A DNA stretch of 64,000 nucleotides from Octopus vulgaris (GCA_951406725.2 OX597833.1:23560001-23624000); one strand, 5' to 3'; shown: positions 1 to 12,630, counted from the first letter of the stretch. Translations and numbers: made by a program. Notes: generated by a model not told the origin, from the sequence alone.

Positions 1-1620
1 CGGCATATTTTGCAACAATGCAACAGAAAGTGCAAGAATATTAATGCAATATATGGGAGTCAGACATCAGGAATCACTGCTAAGATGATTAAAATCTCCA
101 GTGGTGAAGGATATAGCTTAGTCACCCGTAAAGTTAATCAGATTATTCAGGAAGGCATCACTCCCAATGACTGGTGTAGTGGTATTATTGTTAGCTGCTA
201 CAAGGGTAAAGGTGATGCCTTAGACAGAAATGAACTACAGAGGCATTAAATTGCTAGACCAAGCCATGAAAGTCACTGAGAGGGTTATAGTTGAATTAGG
301 AATAGAATTAAACTAGGTGAGATGCAGTTTGGTTTTGTACCTGGAAAGAGTACCACTGATGCTATCTTCCTAGTGAGACAGCTACAGGAAAAGGTCTTGG
401 CCAAAAGTAAGCCATTGTACTTAGCCTTCGACAGAGTTCCCCACTCTGTTATATGGTGGTCTCTAAGGAAGTTAGGAGTAGAGGAGTGGCTGGTTAGAAC
501 TGTACAAGCCATATACAGTGGTGCTGTCAGTAAGGTGAGAGTCAGCCATGAATACAGTGATGAATTTAGCATACAGGTAGGGGTTCCCTAAGGCTCAGTT
601 CTCAGCCCACTCTTAGTCATTATAGTCCCCCAGGCCATAACAGAGGAATTCAAAACTGGATACCTGTGGGAACTGTTATATGCTGATGACTTTGTTCTTA
701 TTGCAGAATCTTTAGCAGAATTGGAGAAGAAATTCCAGGTATGGAAACAAAACCTGGAATCAAAGGGTCTTAAAGTTAACCTAGCAAAGACCAAAGTTGT
801 TAGTAAGAAAGAAGATAAAACTCTCTTTCCATCAGGTAAATGGCCCTGCTCAGTATGTAGGAAAGGCGTTGAAAGAAATTCCATTCACTGCACCCAGTGT
901 AAACTATGGACACATAAGAGGTACAGTGGAATAACAAGATTAACAGATAAAGTAGTCTTTGTATGTGGCAGATGTGCAGGAAGAATAAGCACTAAGAGCA
1001 CAGGGGACGTAGATTCTCTCAAATGCCCAGGAGGCTCTCTTGAGGTTGGAGATAGTTTCTGTTATATAGGTGACCAAATTAGCAATGGTGGGGGATGCTC
1101 TGAAAGTATTGTTTCTAGAATTGGGTGGAGGAAGTTCAGAGAAATATTACCTCTGTTGGCAACGAAAGAACTCTCTCAGAGTGAAAGGTAGACTATATGA
1201 TGCTTGTGTATGAACGGATATACTCCATGGTAGTGAGACATGGGCTCTGACTGCAGAAGACATGTACAGACTGGAGAGAAATGAAGGTGGTATGCACTGT
1301 TGGATGTGCAACATCAGTGCACATGTATGACAAAGTGCAAATGTATTGAGAGAAAAGTTGGGCAGAAGAGGAATCAAATGTAGCATGCAAGAGAGAAGAC
1401 TACGTTGGTTTGGACATGTGATGCGTATGAATGAGGACAGCTGCATAAAGAAGTGGTGATCAGCGAAAGTGGATGGTACCCATGGAAGAGGGAGAACCAG
1501 GAAGACATGGGATGAAGTGGTAGGGACTAATCTCAGGATGTTGGGCCTCATGGAACAAATGACAATGGACCAAGATGTCTTGCAATATGAAGTCCTTGAG
1601 AAAACCCGCCCATGTCAGTG
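1..1620 (+). mobile_element. Degraded RTE-clade LINE fragment (RT, PHD-like finger and thumb; frameshifted, with stops)
   Basis: Broken ORFs 10-249, 322-591 and 721-1191 give QFGFVPGKSTTDAIF, AFDRVPH, ELLYADD (at ~670-690), WPCSVC...CTQCKLWTH and RLRWFGHV. Homologous to the copy at 25826-27403. Confidence 0.92.
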
Positions 1621-2443
1621 AAACAGTTCTAGAAGCGCTGAACGTCCCACCTATACTTAACAAGAAAACTTCCCACAACAAATCAAACTACATCTCTACA
1701 TCACTTCCCTTCCTCGTCTTTCCACTTCATGCACTATGCTTACCCTCCCCCCACTCCCTAATCCTGTCCTCTTGGCAACCCTCACACCTTTTTCCAAGCA
1801 CTACAAGTATGTGTGTGTGTTTGTAGTATACAAGTGAGTGGACAAACAAAAGAAGGGCACTTGATCAATTTATTGGGAGTTCCATGGAGGGATCAAAACA
1901 GTTTGATTCTAATTCCTTGGTACTTAAAGTTTCAAAATTTAATGCTTATCTTCAGCCATTGGAAATTTGAATCTTAATATCTACAGTAACCCCTCGACTA
2001 TTGTGGGTGTTACATTCCAAAAACATCCTGTGATAGTTGAAAATCCGCAAAATAGAAACAGTACTGTATGTTTTGTTTTTATTGTTTTTATAATTTGTAT
2101 ATATTTATTTTATTATAAATGCAAAAGAACACCACAGAGGAATCGACATAAGCTTTAATAATAAACTGCAATAGGTGAACCAGGATATGGCGAAGGATTT
2201 TACTCTGTGTGTGTGTGTGTAAATTCAAATAAACAAACAAAATACAGAGAAAAAAAGAAAAATGTAGATGTGAGGACATGCACAAGAAATATATTAATTT
2301 GACGCTTGGTGAAAGGAGAGAGTTGTTAACATTTTGAGCATAGTTCTTTGTCGGAAACAGGAAAGCCCAAAGAGAAAGAAGGAAAAATAAGGGAAAATCG
2401 CCAACAGTTCACATGCAGTTATATTTCTACACACACCCACACA

Positions 2444-2665
2444 CATGAAAGGGTGCTGAAAAGTTTCTGGCTTTAAGGGTGTCGTGAAAGGCATGGTTGG
2501 AAACCAGGCCTTCAGAGTTCTTTTACAGGGTTTAGAAAAACTGAAGAACCGTTGCAAATAAGAGTCTGAATCTGTGAAGAGAATATGTTGAATAAAATTG
2601 TAATTAACTGATCTTCCTGAATTTTCTTTCACCCAAAACCAGAAACTTTTCAGAACCCCTTCATA
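2444..2665. mobile_element. Mariner-type MITE (~220 bp)
   Basis: ~25-bp terminal inverted repeats tgaaagggtgctgaaaagtttctgg / ccagaaacttttcagaaccccttca, with TA at the right end. Confidence 0.7.
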
Positions 2666-2858
2666 TACACACACAGTTTACAGTTCCTTTATAGGGTCAA
2701 CAATAAAAGTACCCCACCCTGTAAGATAAATATCATTTAATATACGTAATTACAAAAGAGCCAAGAATAATTTCATGCTTTAAGATACATTAAATTGGAA
2801 GATTTGTATAAGTTGCCATGTATTTCCAAGCTTGAAATTATCAGTAGCTCTTTCATAA

Positions 2859-3230
2859 TGTGTGTGTGTGTGTGTGCGCATACATATACACATATACATA
2901 TATATATATACACACACATACATATATATATATACACACATATATACATACATATATATACATATATACACACACATATACATATATACACACATACATA
3001 TATACACATATATATACGCATATATATGCATATACACATACATATATATATACACATATACAGATATACACATGTATATACACACATATATAGACATATA
3101 TACATACATTTATATACACATATACATTAACATATATACCCATATATACATATACGTACACACATATACAATATATATACACACACATACACAGATATAT
3201 GTGTACATGTATGCAAATGTACATATATAC
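2859..3230. repeat. (TG)/(CA)/(TA) compound microsatellite
   Basis: Dinucleotide repeat seen directly. Confidence 0.95.
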
Positions 3231-3620
3231 GTGGCCTAGTGGTTTGGCTGTTAGACTCACAATCACTTGATTGAAGGTTTGATTCCCTGACTGGGCAATG
3301 CCTTGTGTTCTTGAGCAAAACTCTTCATTTCACGTTGCTCCAGACCCCCTTTTGATCTGTGGGGAATGTTGGTTGTGTCATTTGAAGGCTAAAACAATAC
3401 AGAAAGTGTATTGTGACCAGCGATATGTAACAACATCTGATAGCCTGGTCAATCAAGTGATATATACATACATATGCATGCATGTACACCTTGTTTACCA
3501 AATTCACTCACAAGGCACAGGATTCTAGTAAAAGACACCTGTGGGGCAAGGTGGAAGTGAACCCAAAATCCTGTGGTTTCAAATCCGGCTTCTTAACCAC
3601 ACAGCCATACCTGGCATATA
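3231..3620 (+). mobile_element. tRNA-derived SINE, followed by a fragment of a second SINE on the opposite strand
   Basis: A box TGGCCTAGTGG, B-box-like GGTTTGATTCC and core ttcttgagcaaaactcttcatttcacgttgctccag, which is also seen at 35405-35715 and 61500-61745. Confidence 0.65.
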
Positions 3621-3989
3621 CAGTAATAACCTCATATTACAAGGACCCGTTTTACAAAACCCCAAGTTTATGAGTTTTATTTTGAAGCACAACAAATGTT
3701 TCGGTATGTTACCGAGAGATTTATTAGAGAGCGAAAGAAAGCTTCTTCTAAGCAAATAACCCTAAACTTGTTTTCAAAAAGAAATCCACAGTCTGTCTAT
3801 GAGTGCTTGTGAATCGGCAACCACATATACAAGTGATGGTGTGCACGAGTCTAGTGTGAGTGAAAGTGATTCAGAAAACCATTATAATATTAGTATCTTT
3901 TATTATAAAGGACCTTGACGTTATTTTTACTTTACATAGAATATTCTTTACATTCTACTGTTGATTTATTACTATTTATTTCTAAGTAC

Positions 3990-4396
3990 GGATATTTTCG
4001 GTTTGAACGGCTGTGTTTTTCCTAGCGGTGTCATATGAAATTGTCACCCATAATTATGACCCTAGTATCGATCTATTGCATGTCAATCCGGGTCAGGGTT
4101 AGGGGGAAGGGTATCTTTTTTTCTTCAGAAATGTAAATAAACCCAATCTGTTTCTTAAATGAGGGACATATTCATACGGCACAGAATGTTTTTCACCTCA
4201 ATACATGTAGGTGATTGGTTGAAATAGCAGAAATTGAAGAAAAATAACAACAAATATCATACAAACTATAGAATTTTCTCAATAAAGCCAAGAGAAAAAG
4301 ATGTTTTATAAACACATTCTACCAGTATACAAAGTTTCAAATTTCTTAGTTACCTAGAAATTATGTTAAAAACCGCCGTTCAAACCGAAAAGATCC
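3990..4396. mobile_element. Non-autonomous DNA transposon (MITE), Merlin-like
   Basis: TIRs ggatattttcggtttgaacggc / gccgttcaaaccgaaaagatcc, GG...CC termini, and an 8-bp TSD ctaagtac / ccaagtac (7/8 match). Confidence 0.75.
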
Positions 4397-4571
4397 CCAA
4401 GTACTATAAACTTTACAGGTCAAATATTTTTCTGGGAACGAATTACATGACTACTATGGTTAATTACTGCTCTGCTTTACGAGTTTTCAATTTATAAGCA
4501 GTCTCCAGGAACAAGTTAACACGTATATTGAGGCGTTACTCTATGTAATAAATAAATAAATGTAATCTCAC

Positions 4572-4857
4572 CTGCAGTGACGCAGTTAGAATAATCAGTC
4601 ACCAGTTGGCAGAATTTTTCGCATCTTATGCAACCTTTGAAAATATCCTTGACGTTGATGTCAGGATATCTTCGGAGCAGATTCTGTTGTCTGTTGATTC
4701 GGCGCCGTTCCTCTACCAAGATGCATTTTATGCAATCACATGAGATGTAGGGGCAGAAACCTTTGTGGCCCTTCATCTTGGCATCAGAGCCATGATTTTT
4801 ACAACGAGAACATTTCGGGTTCCGATATGAAGCTGGATAAACTTTTTTCACGTTCAT
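4572..4857 (-). CDS. Dmrt: First coding exon of a DM-domain (doublesex/mab-3 related) transcription factor
   Basis: PKCSRCKNHG...KGHKGFCPYISCDCIKCILVEERRR...LRR retains all DM Zn-ligand positions. The ATG has A at -3 (accATG). There is an upstream acceptor ttgttgtttttccAG (exon begins 4887) and a donor CAG|GTGAGA at 4571 (phase 1). The subfamily and downstream exons were not identified. Confidence 0.9.
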
Positions 4858-5021
4858 GGTAACACTGTGTTAAAATGCTGGAAGTCTCTGGAAAAACAAC
4901 AAATAAACAATTTCATAATTAAATGCAAGTGTTAATGTATTTAATGCGAGGGAACACAGAAAATCAAATTGGGAAGAATTAAGGAGCAAGGAAAAGCCCT
5001 ATCACTCAATGACTACAATAA

Positions 5022-5242
5022 TTATTTTTACACTAGGTGCAAGGCCTTGAAAATTTTGGGGGAAGGGGGCTAGTCAATTATATTGACCCCAGTGTGTAAC
5101 TGGTACTTATTTCATCGACCCCTGAAAGAATAAAAGGCAAAGTTGACCTTGGCAGAATTTGAACTCAGAACATAGCAGCAGACGAAATATCGCTAAGCAT
5201 TTTGCCCGGCATGCTAACGATTCTGCCAGCTTGCCACCTTAT
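5022..5242 (-). mobile_element. tRNA-derived SINE (core gttcaaattccgcc...gcctttcatcctttcggggtcgataaa)
   Basis: A box TGGCAGAATCG and B box GAGTTCAAATTC on the minus strand; flanking duplication tcaatgacta(a)caataat. Other copies at ~8010-8190 (-), 59080-59235 (+) and 63590-63775 (+). Confidence 0.8.
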
Positions 5243-6227
5243 AGTCAATGACTAACAATAATAATGCTGGTTTCAATTTTTGACACAAGTCCTGTCAAGT
5301 TCAGGCAGAGTAGGTAAGTTGATTGTGTCAACTTCAGCACTTGAAGTGGGACAGAACCCCAAACTACACAGTTGTAAAACAAGCTTGTTAACACAACCAC
5401 GCCTGTACCTATATTGTTTTAACAAAATTACTCTAATAAGTATAAAAGACTCCAAGCATGTTTTAGAAAAACATACCATATTTGACGGTATAAAAGATGC
5501 ACAGATTCACAAAAATAGTTTTTGGTACATTCAGGAATTAGCTTCTAAGAGGCCCAACTTTATATCTAAGACCTGGAGTAATTTTTTTTGCAGGGCGGGG
5601 GAGAGGGGCATCATATAACATCCTTTTTCCACGCTGGTATGGGTTGGCTGGTTCAACAGGAGCTGGCAAGGCCAGGGAGCTACACCAGGTTCCAGGCTGG
5701 GTGCTCTTCCTAACAACCAGCCACTTTACAGTTTAACGAGTGCATTTTTACGTGGCGCCACATGTGTTGCTAAGTGCATCTTAAACACCATTAAATAAGG
5801 TACTCGACCAAGAAATTACGAGAAAACTAATTTTTCTTTTTCTATCGTTTACTTAAGAGGAATGGCGATGCTCCTAATCCTTAACAGTCGAGTGGGAGAA
5901 AGGGAGAGAGGTATCGTCAAATGAGGGACATAATCTGAATAATCACAAACGGAATTGGTTCTGCTAAAGGCACTCAATTGTCCGTTGGTGTTAAACTGGG
6001 CGGCAACGGGTTAGAATACCTCCCATGTAAGCGACAGCTGAATTTGAACTCAGAATGGAAAGATTCAGTCAATAACCACAGTTGACGTACTTTCACTTCT
6101 GACAGCTAATAGCATGACAGTGCCCATTATAGATTGTTAAGCAGCTTTCTCAAAACGAAGGATCGCTGCTTTCTTTATTATAATAGTACAGATGTGACTA
6201 ATCCGGCGAAACATTACTTTCATTATT

Positions 6228-7167
6228 CTTTTTTTACACTAGGCACAAGGCTCGAAATTTTTGGGGAGGGAGCCGGTCGATTAGATCGACCCCAGAACGC
6301 AACTGGTACTTAATTTATCCACCCCGAAAGGATGGAAGGTAAAGTCGACCTCGGCGGAATTTGAACTTAGAACAACAAGACAGACGAAATACCGCTAAGC
6401 ATTTAACCCGGCGTGCTAACGTTTCTTATTTCTTTATTGCCCACAAGGGGCTAAACATAGTGATTAAGTCGATTACATCGACCCCAGTACGTAACTGGTA
6501 CTTAATTTATCGACCCCGAAAGTATGAAAGGCAAAGTCGACCTCGGCAGAATTTGAACTCAGAACGTAAAGACAGACGAAATACCGCTAAATATTTCGCC
6601 CGGCGTGCTAACGTTTATTTCTTTACTGCCCACAAGGGGCTAAACATAGAGGGGACAAACAAGGGCAGACAAACGGATCAAGTCGATTATATCGACCCCA
6701 GTGCGTAACTGGTACTTATTTAATCGACCCCGAAAGGATGAAAGGCAAAGTCGACCTCGGCGGAATTTGAACTCGGAACATAAAGACAGACGAAATACCT
6801 ATTTCTTTACTGCCCACAAGGGGCTAAACATAGAGGGGACAAACGGATTAAGTCGATTACATCGACCCCAGTGCGTAACTGGTACTTATTTAATCGACCC
6901 CGAAAGGATGGAAGGCAAAATCGACCTCGGCGGAATTTAAACTCGGAACATAAAGACAGACGAAATACCCATTTCTTTACTGCCCACAAGGGGCTAAACA
7001 TAGAGGGGACAAACGGATTAAGTCGATTACATCGATCCCAGTGCGTAACTGGTACTTATTTAATCGACCCCGAAAGGATGGAAGGTAAAATCGACCTCGG
7101 CGGAATTTGAACTCAGAACGTAAGCATTTCGCCAGGCGTGCTAACGATTCTGCCAGTTTGCCGCCTT
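6228..7167 (-). mobile_element. Nested or tandem array of five SINE cores bounded by one 18-bp TSD
   Basis: The core cgaccccag...aactggtacttatttaatcgaccccgaaaggatg occurs five times. aacattactttcattatt occurs at both 6210-6227 and 7168-7185. Confidence 0.85.
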
Positions 7168-7559
7168 AACATTACTTTCATTATTGAAACATCGTCCCTC
7201 TTGTAATGCAACACTTTGTAAATTTGGTTGAAATTGAAATTTTTTTTATGTCGGTGCGTGGATCAATTTTGGAAGTATGTTAAAGTTTTTAGTAGACGTA
7301 TGACGGTGAATTAGTCAATATCGTGTTTGCTTCTATGAGAATTGTTTAACTTTAAACAAGACTGATATTTCACTTGTAAAAGAAGGACGTAATTCAATGA
7401 GCCAAAGGTGACAAGTAAATTGTGTTAAGTATGATGAAGTGGTTAAATAATTGTCATAAAAGAATTACCTAGAAGACGGTTGGTTAACTTAAAAGACAAA
7501 AACACGGAGATAGAGACCAATTGAGTTATGTCTTCATCCACCAACTTTGGAGCATCGGA

Positions 7560-7900
7560 AGAGATATTTGAACTGAGACCTACTATTACATCATGATGTG
7601 GACTGATTCAATCACGAAATGGCGCCAAATTACAAAAAGCGGAAGAGACAGGGGGAGGTAGTGATATATCTATTTAAATTCGTCACCCTCTTCGTCAGAT
7701 CATGGGCTTGCCAGATTACGAGAGCTACAAAGTTGCGGTTTTATGATACTTATCCGAAGTACACGCTACTGCTTTTCCCATTTTCTTACCAAATTTCATT
7801 TCAAAATAGAAGTTTGCTATCGTAGAAAGAGGTATTTTCGGGCGGGTTGTTATATATAATAAAAAAGGGTACCATACATTAAACACTCAACCAAATAGAC
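7560..7900. promoter_or_regulatory. Candidate promoter / 5' non-coding exon region between the divergent Dmrt and FGFRL1 genes
   Basis: Non-repetitive stretch that retains CpG. Contains the YY1-like motif aaatggcgcc (~7617-7626) and a minus-strand donor-like G|GTAAGA at 7789. Both genes' first coding exons have splice acceptors, so upstream exons are expected. Confidence 0.3.
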
Positions 7901-8556
7901 ATACAAAGACCGTTAACTTCACTTAAACATTTATTGTCTGTAATATGTTGTCAAAATTGTCGTCGCTCGAAACTGAGAACTTGTCACTGACATGCATAGT
8001 CATATGGCCAGGGATTTTGAGGGGAAGGGAACAATCGATACCATCGATTCCATGACTTAACTAATACCCTATTTTATCGATCCCTGAACAATGAAAAGGA
8101 AAAGCTGACATAAGCAGGACGTAAAACGCTGGAGTTAAATGCCGCAAAACATATTTTCCAATGCTCTAACGATTCTGCCAGCTCGCCACCCAAAGATTGG
8201 TTATATATTATGATGTAATCTTTTATGACTGCATTAAATAAATAAAATTCTACCAAAACAGCTGTCGTAAATTTTAAAGGCCACTAGTGTTTACTTTTTA
8301 TACGTACACCACACCAAAGGCCCTCCTCTGAGTCGGATCTATGGCTTAAATTGGATTTGGTACTTGCATATCTACGGTATCCTATCAACAGTGTTTTCAG
8401 TGTTGTTTATTTCAATGTGGGCTCTATGTTACCTAGCCATTCCTGACATCCTACGAGTTGATGTGCCTTGATTCTTACAAATCCTTATAATAAAATTATA
8501 TGACAGCTGTAATTAAAATATTTTTCTCTCTATTCCAGATTACTACATTGACCAGA

Positions 8557-8635
8557 ATGGATCTTCAGAAAAAAATATTCTGGATTCCCTATATACTACA
8601 GTGGTGCCACCTATTGGCACTGTGCCTCGCCAAAG
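8557..8635 (+). CDS. FGFRL1: FGFRL1 signal-peptide exon (MDLQKKIFWIPYILQWCHLLALCLAK+G)
   Basis: Acceptor tttttctctctattccAG (exon from 8539), ATG at 8557, hydrophobic signal-like peptide, donor AAG|GTAAAT at 8636. The 79 coding nt (phase 1) join in frame to the 51468 exon to give ...AK-GPP, matching vertebrate FGFRL1 ...AR-GPP. Confidence 0.75.
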
Positions 8636-10328
8636 GTAAATCATCTTTTTCCTCTCTTCCTTTTGTCATTTTACACAATGCAGGCAGGGCACTGCCCACA
8701 GCCATCTAAAAGAAAGTTGACATGAGTGACATTAATGTGTTATATTCTTGACAATAATATTTGTTAATTCCCCTTAAGGGGCCGTTTAACTGTTGCAAAG
8801 TGTCTTGTCAGCTACAACAAATATATTTTCACTGTCCATAAATCATAAAACTGTCACTAGAGATCAGAGAGGATGTGATCTGAGTGAAATAAACTGTGAA
8901 GTGAATTAAGGCTTAGACAAGTTTCTCCATTCACTGCCCCCAACACCCATATATTCTGGAATGGGATAAACTGAGTAGAAAATGGATTAACATTCAACTT
9001 TATTATCATTATAATCAAACGTGTGTGTGTATATATGTATGTGTGTATGTGCCAATGTATGTGTTTGTGTGTGCATTGTTACCATTCTTGAAGAATTGGC
9101 TATAAATCACATGAAACTAATAACAGAGAAATAATATTGGAAAATCTGTGAAAAATGAGAAACTGTCTCCGGTTGCATTGTGGGAAGGCTGGCTGGTCGG
9201 AATGGATCAATTAGTTGTCATTTTAGGAAAGAGATGCACTTAACGCTCGTTAACATTTAACACAACACTTGCAACAACAGTGCACATGGCAACATGACTG
9301 TATTGAGTACAGACACACAGACAGGACTGCTCCACCCAGAATCAGCTGGGGAAGGGGGAGGGTGGAAACAGATCAATAAACCTAGGGGTAACCAATATTT
9401 CCCACCCACCTACCCACCCAGCCAAGCATCTTCAACAGAACCACACCCTCTACTAAAGGTCATCCATTGACCTTTACCATACCACTGCCACCTTCCTCTA
9501 CACATTTAGCATTTCCTTTCACCCTGCTTGACCTCTCCTTGTTTTAGTGCTTTGTGTCTTCCCCCCCCGATATGATGATGAGGATGACAGCAACCATCAC
9601 CACCACAACCACTACCAGCATCATCATCAATTTTATTGTGGGTCTCATCTCCTGTAAATATCTTATTTCTAAACTAGAGATTCCAAAGCATGTTAAGGCC
9701 CCCCCTCCACTGTCCTGAAGCCCCCACTTAATATCCACTGCTGCTACCCCCACCCAATCCATTACCCCAACCTCCTTATACTCAACAACTGGTTATAAAC
9801 CATTAACAATTAGCATCAGTAATAATTAACAATTAATTCACTAATTTATTCCACACCTAATTTTAAATGATGAGCTTCATTTGTTAAAATTAACAATATT
9901 TAATGAGAAATTATCAACTTTTTATTATTTCTTCAAAGAATAATTTAGTAATAACTTAATTATGAAGTTTAACCAATTAAAAGTAAGAGAGGAGATGAGA
10001 GAATTGGTCAAGTATTGGACATCATGAGCTGTTTTTATATTTTCTGTTGCAGAAATAAGTGGACAACAAATGTAGGGTTCCAACTAGTTTACAGGATTTC
10101 TGAGAGTGAGAGAGAGAGAGTGTGTGTGAGAGAGAGACATGCAAGTGTCTACTTTGCAGTTTTTTACCAAAAACACCACTTTTTCAATTCTTTTACCCTA
10201 ATAGAATGGCAAAATGTACATACACATCTACAATATGTATCTCTCTCTCTCTCTCTCTCTCTTATTATATATATATCATCATCATCATCCTTTAACGTCC
10301 GTTATATATATATATATATATATATATA

Positions 10329-11527
10329 CCAGGTTGAGTCAAAAGTTTTTTCGTATTTCAAGCTTTAATTAATAGTTCAAACAAATTACATACGAAAAGT
10401 GTTTATTCATCAAAATATATCCCATCATATTCTATTGTCTGTTGCCATTGTTGTGCCAGAATCTCAATTCCACACTGATACCATTTGTTTTCAACCTCAT
10501 CCACATTGTTGAACCTCTGTCTAGGCAGGAAATGAGCCATGGCTTGGAAAAGGTGGTAATCTGATGGTGCAAGTTCTAGACTGTAAGCAAGGTGAGGCAG
10601 CACTTACAGACCCTCAAGTTTGCGCTTTATCACATTGGCAGTATGTGCTGGGGAATTGTCATGCTGTAGGAGTGCATGTCTTCGATTGACCAATGCCGGG
10701 TAGCGGGCTTTCAAAGCATCATATAGTCACTGCACTTGTTGAGCATAAAGGTTAGTGTTCAAAGCATGACCATCTGGGACAAGCTCAAAGTGCAACACTC
10801 ACTCGAAATTCCACCAAACACACAACATGACCTTCTGTTCAAACCACCCTTGTTTGACAACAGGTTCTAAAACCTGGTTGGAACAAAGCCACTGATTTCT
10901 CTTATTAGGATTACAAAAATAGTTCCATTTTTCATCCCCAGTTACAATTCAACACCAAAAATGGGCATCTCAAGGATTTGCCAGCAGCTGTTTGCAAATG
11001 TTCACACATCATTGAGCCTGGTCATTGGTCAGTTCATGAGGAACTTCTCGACAGCATCTGTTCACAAGGCCAAGCTTATGGAGGTGTCAATTGATGGTAC
11101 TTTGTAAAGGACCAAGTTCTGCCAACAATGTACAAGTGCTTGTATTTGGCTGTTGTTCAACCATTTCAAGTAAGGCCTCATCTTCCACAACAGAAGGTCT
11201 CCCTGACCTTGGTTTGTCTTCGAGGCTGTTGTCACCTTCCTTGAAACATCTGAACTAGTTTTGTGCCACACATTTATTGACAGTTCCTGGGCTTTCCCCA
11301 TCATTAATTTATTTTGCCACTGTCTTGCACTCAGTCCTTTCTTCCACAGGCAGCATAAAACGGCTCTTATTGCAATTTATTCACCACTCATTGTCAAAGC
11401 TATAAAATAAAGAATAAACTATTCAGCACGATTGAACAAGAAGTTGTATCAAATTGATAATATAACTTGGAGATACAAGTTGTCAAAAATCATCAGTGAA
11501 AATCCGAAAAAACTTTCGACTCAACCT

Positions 11528-11529
<2 letters not shown>
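10329..11529 (-). mobile_element. Mariner (Tc1/mariner) element with degraded transposase
   Basis: TIRs ccaggttgagtcaaaagttttttcg / cgaaaaaactttcgactcaacctgg set in (TA)n. Remnant LPHLAYSLELAPSDYHLF...YDGIYFDE matches the YSPDLAPSDY motif. Confidence 0.92.
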
Positions 11530-11591
<62 letters not shown>

Positions 11592-11690
11592 AAGGGAAAA
11601 AATCAGTTATAAATTTAATCCAGATACTGCATAGAGTGTATATTTAAAACAATAGGAGAGTGGAGATTAATTGTACATCAATACTTTTAT

Positions 11691-11958
11691 TAGAAAAAAT
11701 TTGCTACAACGTGACCATTCTAAGACCGACATATGTTTCTGTTACAACAGTAGCAAAACTGCATCACATGCAGACATGCACCAAACTGCACCAACCTCAT
11801 CGGGGTCCACTCATTACGTTCTGTAAACATCATAATGAGTGGACCCCGATGAGGGTGCTGCAGTTTAGTGCATGTCTGCATGTGATGCAGTTTTGCTACT
11901 GTTGTAACAGAAACATATGTCGGTCTTAGAATGGTCATGTTGTAGCAAACTTTTTCTA
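11691..11958. mobile_element. Foldback (~125-bp arms) of a Penelope-like terminal repeat, with a hammerhead motif in each arm
   Basis: Near-perfect inverted repeat around a ~15-nt spacer. Confidence 0.8.
11841..11926 (+). ncRNA. Type I hammerhead ribozyme motif, CCGAUGA core variant
   Basis: ggacc-CCGATGA-long stem II-GAAAC-atat-GTC-ggtct. The mirror copy is on the minus strand at 11723-11808. Confidence 0.7.
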
Positions 11959-11961
11959 TTG

Positions 11962-12009
<48 letters not shown>

Positions 12010-12581
12010 CTCCTGATGATGTGATTGTAGAAACCCTCAATTAAAGAATGTCTTGGCTGAAAATGTACACACACACACACACAAACATGCATGTATACAC
12101 ATACACACAGACATGTGTAATTGTGTGTATAACTCTGTCTCAACTCAGTGTCGGCCATGCAAGCATGGAAAGTAGATGTTAAAACGATGATGATAATATA
12201 CATCCATATACATACACACACATACATATATATACACACACACATATATACACATACACATGCACACAAATGGCACACGTATTTTTTCTACATATAATAC
12301 AATATCAAGGAATTCGTTATTCATTAACATCTCCCACACACACCACCTCACCCCCTCAGTTCCAATATTGGTCAGTGGGGGGCAGTGGGGAGGGGCGAGT
12401 GAGAGTTGAAGGCGAACCATTCAACAATAGATTCTTTTCAGACTTTGGCTCAGCAAGATCACTTATCCTAGTAAATCGCTTCTTTTGTTTGGTCTGTTCT
12501 ATAGATTCATGGATGTGGTGTAGGTTGGGGAGCAGGGACATATATATATATATAGTTGTGTGTGTGTGTGTATATATATAG

Positions 12582-12613
<32 letters not shown>

Positions 12614-12630
12614 GTATGTATGTATATAGC

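Noticed and set aside
2090-2420. Possible downstream Dmrt exon (NPSPYPGSPIAVYY-like frame on the minus strand)
   Set aside because: The obvious acceptor gives an immediate stop in the required phase, and there is no homology support.
3799-3918. Short acidic ORF MSACESATT...SESDSE
   Set aside because: Too short, with no splice or domain support; possibly a transposon remnant.
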